Assembly (NCBI GenBank): GCA_951406725.2
Contig: OX597839.1
Coordinates: 12,524,001-12,588,000 of the forward strand
Length of the DNA stretch: 64,000 nt
Source: Octopus vulgaris
Lineage: Eukaryota
Direction of reading: 5' to 3'
Both the position numbers and the translations under genes were made by a program. Under the pieces are notes generated by a model. It ran no database searches. It was not told where the DNA came from and saw only the letters and a list, made by a program, of their open reading frames with translations. This document shows, in pieces, positions 56,527 to 64,000 of this stretch (position 1 is its first letter; each line of letters starts with the position of its first letter).

Positions 56527-58789
56527 TTAATCAAGTAAAATTGGGATTTAAAAACAGTAACAGTCACCCCACCCAAAAGTACCTATTCATGTTTGCAGAC
56601 AATACAATAGAAGTTTCTTGTATGATGTAAGCAAAAACACTTGCAAAAGCCTTTTTAAACAATGCAAGTAGCAAAACTTAGAATGAACTTGCAGTGGAAT
56701 ATATAGTCAGTACAAGATGTTGATGTGGATGCATGTATGCTATTACAAGAGTTCATAGAGAGATGAAAGAATAAATTCAAAATCTATATATTTACTACAT
56801 AAAAATATATTTTATTCTTCTATCGATAATGATACAGGGAATCAAATTTTAGAAGCTAGTTGAATGAAGAAAGTTCAGAAATAGAAAATATAGAATAACA
56901 GCTAAGTAGTGGCATACAGACATAGCAATGACGTGGATGGCTCTAAGTGTAATCGACTAAGAAGCATAAAGATGGGCTTGTAAGCTATTTTTATTAATGG
57001 AATGCTAGACATTCTAGAAACTTCCAAGAGAAACACTATGCTTCTTGAATAATTAAGAATCACGTCTCATAACACAGATGCTTCGAGAAACTTAGAAAAG
57101 GGAAGTTACTCTATGATCTTTCTTGCAAGGGAGGTCATTCAACTATCTAGCTACAAACTCAATACAGAAGTACAACTTATAGTTGATTTGAACCCAAGTC
57201 GTCACAGTTACAAGCTTCAAGCCATGACTCTTTAAATGTGTGGTTGAGTTATCAGCTAATCAGTGGTTGATATTCACATGATAGCTTCTTCAGCTCATCT
57301 GGAAGTTTCCTTAAAAATAGCCTATAAATAGAGTTGATATTTGGTGCCCTTTGCAGAGTGTCGTAGATGTCTGAGCAGAATGTTGTCTTCACTCTTGCCA
57401 ACTCCAGAGCGTCTTGGGTCGAGTTTCAACTTGCACGCACTCTAGTGATTCTAACAATTGTATACTTAACTGATAGGATTTTGGTGACAGACATGGCATG
57501 GCATGTATGTATATATTCATTGTGTTAAAACCAGACCAGCCAACCTTTGCATGTTGTATAATGCTATTTTCATCTTGCTGTTTGTACATGTATATTGTAA
57601 TGCATAAACATCTTTTCTTAACTTGCTTGGCATAAATGATCATATTTAAATGCTTGCTCAGTGTCATGAAATTACTATATGCAGCTTTTTACAAACCAAC
57701 CAACAATACACTCCAGCAACATTGGCACACATACCTAGAAGCAACAATTGATGACTTATCACACTAGAAATGGCAGTCAACACAAGCAACAACAGATTCA
57801 TTGGAGAGTTAATTTGGTAACTTGGCTTTATATAAGAATACACAGCCTAAACAAATATCCAATTGCCCGTCAAACCTCGCCATAAACTGATAACCACAAA
57901 GATAACATCCAACACAAACTAAATTGTCTTGCAGAGAAACGGACTTCATCACACAGAAGAACAAGAAAATATTCCCAAAATCTTAGCCAAATGTAGGCAC
58001 ATGAAATTTTTTCAAAAGTGGTTTTCATTGTAGTTAAAATGATCTAGGATCAAGTAAATATTGACACAATGCAATCAGTTAATTTGAACCTGTGGTACAA
58101 CACTGACAAAGCTGTCATTTGAATGCACTCAAATTGATCAGAAATGAAAACAATTACAAATTTATCCAAATCAGGGACATTGATTAGTATCTTCACACAA
58201 GCCAGAATCTTCACCAAAATATAGTCTAATACCAAACAAAGCAACCTGAAGGATATTATGTATGCCAGAACACTGCTTTTTAAAGAAGACACTTTCTGGT
58301 TTAAGAAGACAGAATTTAGGATGGATCATGGGTAGCCTTGATGAGGCCAAACAATGAGAGCATATAGGGTTGTCTCTATGCAAGAAAATGGAGTGTGCTT
58401 TTAGTGGCATTGTTGAGGTTTGTACAGGGATAATGTGCTCACAATTTTGAATACTACTGGAGCTCCCCCAACTAACAACCTTGGGAAATGAATAATTACA
58501 ACATTAAAAAGATTTGGGCCTGTGGTGATAGCAAAGCAAATATTATGAGTGTCAACCTCCTGGAAGTTACATTTTAACTTAAACTACAAATCACATTAGC
58601 ACTTTAAGAAACCAAAATAATACTGCATTGTATAGTCGCATGCAAACCAATCATCCATCAAGCACCATCAAATGTCAGTACAAGAGGATACAAGCCTAAT
58701 TATTAAGCCACCTTCAACAGAACTGCAAAACACTGAAGTACTATTATATGTGGATGTATAGGTATCTCAAGAGTGTATGTGTATATACA

Positions 58790-58978
58790 CACACATACAC
58801 ACAATAACAATAGTACCAACACAGCATGGTCATAGACAAATATATATACGGAAATCATATACCATATGTTTGATAAATATATACTTAGTCTTGTAAATAT
58901 ATTTATTTTAATATATATATATTCCAGCATATTTGTGCATACTAGCATACCTATCTACTTACATACCTGTCTCTCTCA

Positions 58979-59019
<41 letters not shown>

Positions 59020-59140
59020 TAAAATAAATATGTTAACAAAACTAAGTATATGTTTATTAAACATATGGCTTATGATTTCCGTATACATATCTATTTATGA
59101 CCATGTTATGTTGGTATTATTGCTATTGAATGTGTGTGTG
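58790..59140. repeat. ~125 bp imperfect inverted repeat around a (TA)n-containing spacer
   Basis: CATGGTCATAGA...ACGGAAATCATA...CCATATGTTT versus AAACATATGG...TATGATTTCCGT...TATGACCATG. Confidence 0.8.
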
Positions 59141-61196
59141 TATGTATGTATGTACACTCACACACATGCACATATAGATACACACATACTCTCAAATACA
59201 CAGAGGAAAGGAATAAAGCTGGTGTCCCATGTCTGAAGCTGAGATGAAAAATTCTCAGATAATTGAAAACAATATAATTATGTGACACACATACACATGC
59301 ATATCCACATGTCCTTTCACATCATTGGTTAAGATTCTCCTTCAATCACTAATCCCACCACCACCACCACGTATCACCCCACAGCAGTTTCTTGCCCCCT
59401 CATCTCTTTTTTCTCCCCCTCTTCAGGATTTCTTTGTCAGTCTTCCCATTTCCACCACCACATTAACTAACTCGCTCCCTCCCCTGTAGTGGCACACTTT
59501 TAACACCTCTCAACTGTGTAATGTAGTGTTACCCTATACACTACTTTCTCTTTTCCTCTCCCTTTTCCCCTCCTTCTCTCTCTTGTTTTCCCTATTGACC
59601 CTGTCTCTTCTTGCAATGTTTCTAGCCTTTTAGATACCACCACCGGCACCCTCACAACCTTCTTTCATAGAAGCTATTCTCTGACTTTTCTTTTATCCAT
59701 TGCTTTTTTTATGTCACTACCACCACCCCTACCACTACCATCATCTTTACCACCCCTATCACTATCATCATCATCATTACTACTATTACTACTACTACTA
59801 ACATCATTACCACCACACAACACTACAACTATTGCTGTTGGTACACTTCCCTTGGTTATTTCTCTTTGTATTCCTTGGACTTTCACTTCTCTACATCCTA
59901 CTCACCTCCACTTATACCCACACATACACATAAGTTCATGCACAAATACATATACAGGCACGCATGCATACAATTTCACCTACACTGGTATATGTACAGA
60001 GAGACCTTCACATGCAAAGAAAGATGAAATTTTCATGCATGCGTACACACAATCAGACATACAGATAGCTATATATATATATGCATGCATACATGTGTGC
60101 ATGTGTGAGAGATAGAGAGTGTGTGTATGTATGTACATACATATAGCAGCTAGGTTGGGATATATAATCCAGGTTTTTCCCTCATAAGTTACAGTGTATA
60201 TGACTAAATCAATAATTGCTAACATGCTAATGAAGAGGATGCATGATTGGTCAAAATGTGAATTGTTGAAATGATTGTAAACAATATAATAAAAGTAATT
60301 TCATTAATTCCATTCTTTGCCGTTTAACTTTCATGTGTGTGTGTTTGTGTGTCTACATATATATATACATATACGTATGTATCTATATATGATATATATA
60401 CATATATTTACCTACATGTATATACATATATATATATCCATATATGTATATACATATATATACATAATATATATATAAATTTATATATAAATGTATACAC
60501 ATACATACAAATATCTTAATCATCATCATTTAACATCCGTTATCCATGATGTCTTGGTTTCAATGGTTGGATGACCTTACTTAGTGCCAACAACTTTACA
60601 AAGCGCCAGTCTAGTCACCAAATAATTTGTAAAACGAAGATCCTTAACTGGGAGGGGGAATAGTATTGAAGGAGGCAGCTTTGTGCCAGTTGAGAAGTTA
60701 AAGTATAATAAGAGGGATACAAATAGGTGTCTTGCTATAGAGGAGGTTCTTGGTTACCCCAGTTGGAAAAGAAAAGAGAAATGAGTTAGTAAGAAAGATA
60801 GGCAGACTGAGTGAGCGAGAGATAGATGATGGTGGAAATGTGTTGGGGCATACCTACAAGGTACGGATGAGGTGATTACAAATAGTACAGAGAATTGGAC
60901 AAGGTGAGTGAGCAGAGAGAGATGTTTCATAAGAGTATGAAGGTAGATGGTTTGAGATGGGACACACACACATATATATGTATATATACTTGCAATTATT
61001 GAAGCACTTGGGTATGTGACTAACTACTTCAGCATCATTCATGAGATGCTGGGCTTCACAAAGTTAGAAAGCAAAGACACGGCTAATTAAGAAATAGGTT
61101 GCGAGACATCAATGAAACTGTGAAATATGTAATTCATTCCAGACGGTTACCATGTATTAAGTGCATATACATACAGATAGACATAATATAAATATG

Positions 61197-61244
<48 letters not shown>

Positions 61245-61993
61245 AAAGCATACTGATCCACACATGCCTATATCCACACTTGCACAGACACATGTGCAAA
61301 TAAGTACGTACATACATAAATATATATATATATGTCATCATTTAGCATCTGCTTTCCATGCTGGCATGGGTTGTACGGTTTGACTGAGGGCTGGCAAGCC
61401 CAGAGGCAGCCCTAGGCTCCGATATAATCTGGCAAAGTTTCTACCAGTTGGATGCCAGCCACTCCGAGAGTATAGTGATTTTACATGCATGAGGGCCAGT
61501 CAATACCCTGCTTGTTAATACCCTTAATTATTAATTGATAATTTTTTACTGTTATGGATTTTTTATGTATGCTAAGCCACTGATATTATTATAAACAATA
61601 ATATCCTCATATATTCTTTTATCTGTTTCTATGTGGCTATGCTGGAGCACCACCTAAATAATTTTTATTCAATTTGATCACCTTTTTTAAAATTTGCTGC
61701 AGCATTAAAAACAGTTATCGTACACATTGGTGTGATGAATAAACTCTATAACCCTGGGGTCAGTAAGACACACTGAAAATGAACTAAGAGTTTTTCTCAA
61801 AGTTTGAAATCCTGGTGATACGGGTATGTCTGGCTTTTTCAATTTTCGATTACTTTCGTCATTGGTATGGGGTTTTAGATTTTTATTCATTTGCCTGCTT
61901 TCACCTTTGTGTTTAAGTGAAAATTTGTGGTTAGGTCATTTTGACTGCTATATTTAGCATGCCAGTACTGCTGGTTAGTACCCTTAATTATTA

Positions 61994-62024
<31 letters not shown>

Positions 62025-62839
62025 TAATATACATGCATGCTTACATACATTCATACATACATACATACATACATACATACGTACATACATATATCACACG
62101 TAACATATAGACACACACATTTTGAATTGTAAATGTGTGTAAAACATTGTCAATGAACATTATATTCCATGAGCAAGCTTTTATTAACCAAAGCCTAAAA
62201 CTTTAGTTTATCATAAAAAGAATAATGGGTAAATTTATAAATATATATGCTGCACCTGGTATATGTTTGTGTGTGAAGCAGGAATATGCGGGAGTCCCAA
62301 ACACCTAGAAATTGCTATTTTCCAAAGAGAGATTGAGAGAAAGAATTGACCACTCAAGTCTCTGGTAGAACAGGATGATGTTAACAATGTCATCATTTAG
62401 TCCTGTTCTCAATTTGAAATACATAGCTATATACAGAGTTGTTTTTCTGCTAATCAGTAGTGGCTGTAAGTCAACCAGAAACATCATTGCATTGTTCACG
62501 ATTCCTCAATGACAACGATGAGAATGTGACCATAGTGGACAAGACCAATGGATGATACTGATGATGACAGCTTAAACTACCTAGCTGCTTTTAATGACCA
62601 TGGTCATTAAAAGAATGTTTGTAGATTCTCAGACTTCTTATTAATAAGAGGGATTATAATTATTGTATTTTTGCAGTATCTTATTAGTGTTGTTTGAGGG
62701 TTTGGTGTAATGAAGTCTATGTTCTAATTTATGAGTTTCTTTTTTATAATGCATTTCATCTATTATGTATGTATTTGATTAAAGTAATATACTCATTGTG
62801 TAGTTCAGTGATTAACATTTCTGCTGTGGGGTATGGCCA

Positions 62840-63023
62840 GGCACAAGGTATCTCGGCCCTTTGTCATCTTGCCTGAAAAGTTCAGCTTCCTGAGGTCATT
62901 CTTCAGTACTTCATCCCATGTCTTCCTGGGTCCCTACTTCCATGTATTCCATTCACTTTGAGAGATCAGAACTTCATGGAGCTGTCAACATCCACCTGCA
63001 TCACATGACCAAACCAGTGCAGT
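62840..63023 (-). mobile_element. RTE LINE 3' end fragment
   Basis: Minus strand LHWFGHVMQVD...then, in a shifted frame, PRKTWDEVLKNDLRKLN. Confidence 0.75.
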
Positions 63024-64000
63024 GTTTGTATGTATATATATTGATATGGAGGTCAGTTCGGAAAAAGAAAATAAGAGTGATATGACCCACTTTTGCTGGT
63101 TTGTAGTCTTAAAGTCTGGGATATAAAGTTATGGCCTTTTGTTCTGTCGGTTTCTGGGGAAATTTATGTATTTGGAGGAGACCTCTGCCCTTGTTCCGGT
63201 CAGGGAAAGTTCAAGAAACCACCCCTTTAAAATGTGATGCGCTGTGAGCTTGTGGTCAGTTGGCAGTTGGGATTGCAGGCAGTCAGTAGTCAGTCGGGAA
63301 CAGAGCAAGTTGGCAATAGGTAGTTCTGCCTGAGATGGCAACGGGGCAGTTTTGGCCAAGGACAGGAGTGATACGGACAGTCAGCCAAGAAGGTGGCGAT
63401 GGCGAGATCAACTACATCGTTGAGAAAGACAGACAGACAGTGAGAGGATGACAAGCGAGAGGGTGAGAGGTTGAGAAAGACATACACAGGGAACCTGTAG
63501 AGCGAAGGAGGGATTACGGCAGATAGAAGGCATGGCTATTGTAGTAGGAGTTGTAACGGTATGTGTTGTTTATGTTTTGATGTGAATTGTGTTAAAAAGA
63601 ATTGTTGAACTAAAAAAAGAATTGATGTGTTAAAGAAAAGAGAAAGAACTGTGAATTAAGGAAAAGAGAAATGTAAAAGAAATGAGATTGTAATGAACAT
63701 TGAAAAGAGTTGTTGAAAAGAAAAAGAAAGAGAAAGACTTTAATGTATTGAACTGTTCTGATTTGTCTCTGAACTGTATCGTGATTGAACTGATTTGAAC
63801 TGTTGTCTCCGGACTGTGTTGTATCTGCATGCTGTTGATTCTGTTGCATGTTATTTTCTTTGATGTATTTGATGTTGTAATGATTGTTATAAACTGTTTT
63901 TAAATGTAAGCCAATTGCCTTCCGCCTCTCTCTTTATCTCTTCCTGCTGTTGTTGTTGTTGTTCTCTCCGGTCGCCGGTTGTTGTGTTCACTGCCATTCC

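Overview
AT-rich, extremely repeat-dense eukaryotic DNA. The SINE repertoire and microsatellite load look like an Octopus (coleoid cephalopod) genome; this is an inference from repeat recognition, not a database result. There is no intact protein-coding gene, rRNA, true tRNA gene or CRISPR array, and nearly all supplied ORFs are microsatellite or SINE artefacts. The window holds dozens of copies of about four SINE families, decayed mariner, maT (DD37D) and rosa-like transposons, mariner- and piggyBac-type MITEs, a nested RTE LINE, Tx1 and Penelope-like fragments, and a four-unit head-to-tail non-autonomous Helitron array. The most notable signal is a set of about 10 hammerhead-ribozyme-like cores (CUGANGA...GAAA...UH) in short, (TA)n-flanked, often fold-back elements resembling Penelope-like terminal repeats, including unusual variants (long stem II, CUGUAGA core, permuted order with a palindromic linker). 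Also present are a fold-back element carrying a tRNA-like cloverleaf and a few CpG-rich non-repeat islands that may be alternative first exons of a minus-strand gene. Coordinates were counted by eye and may be off by a few bases.
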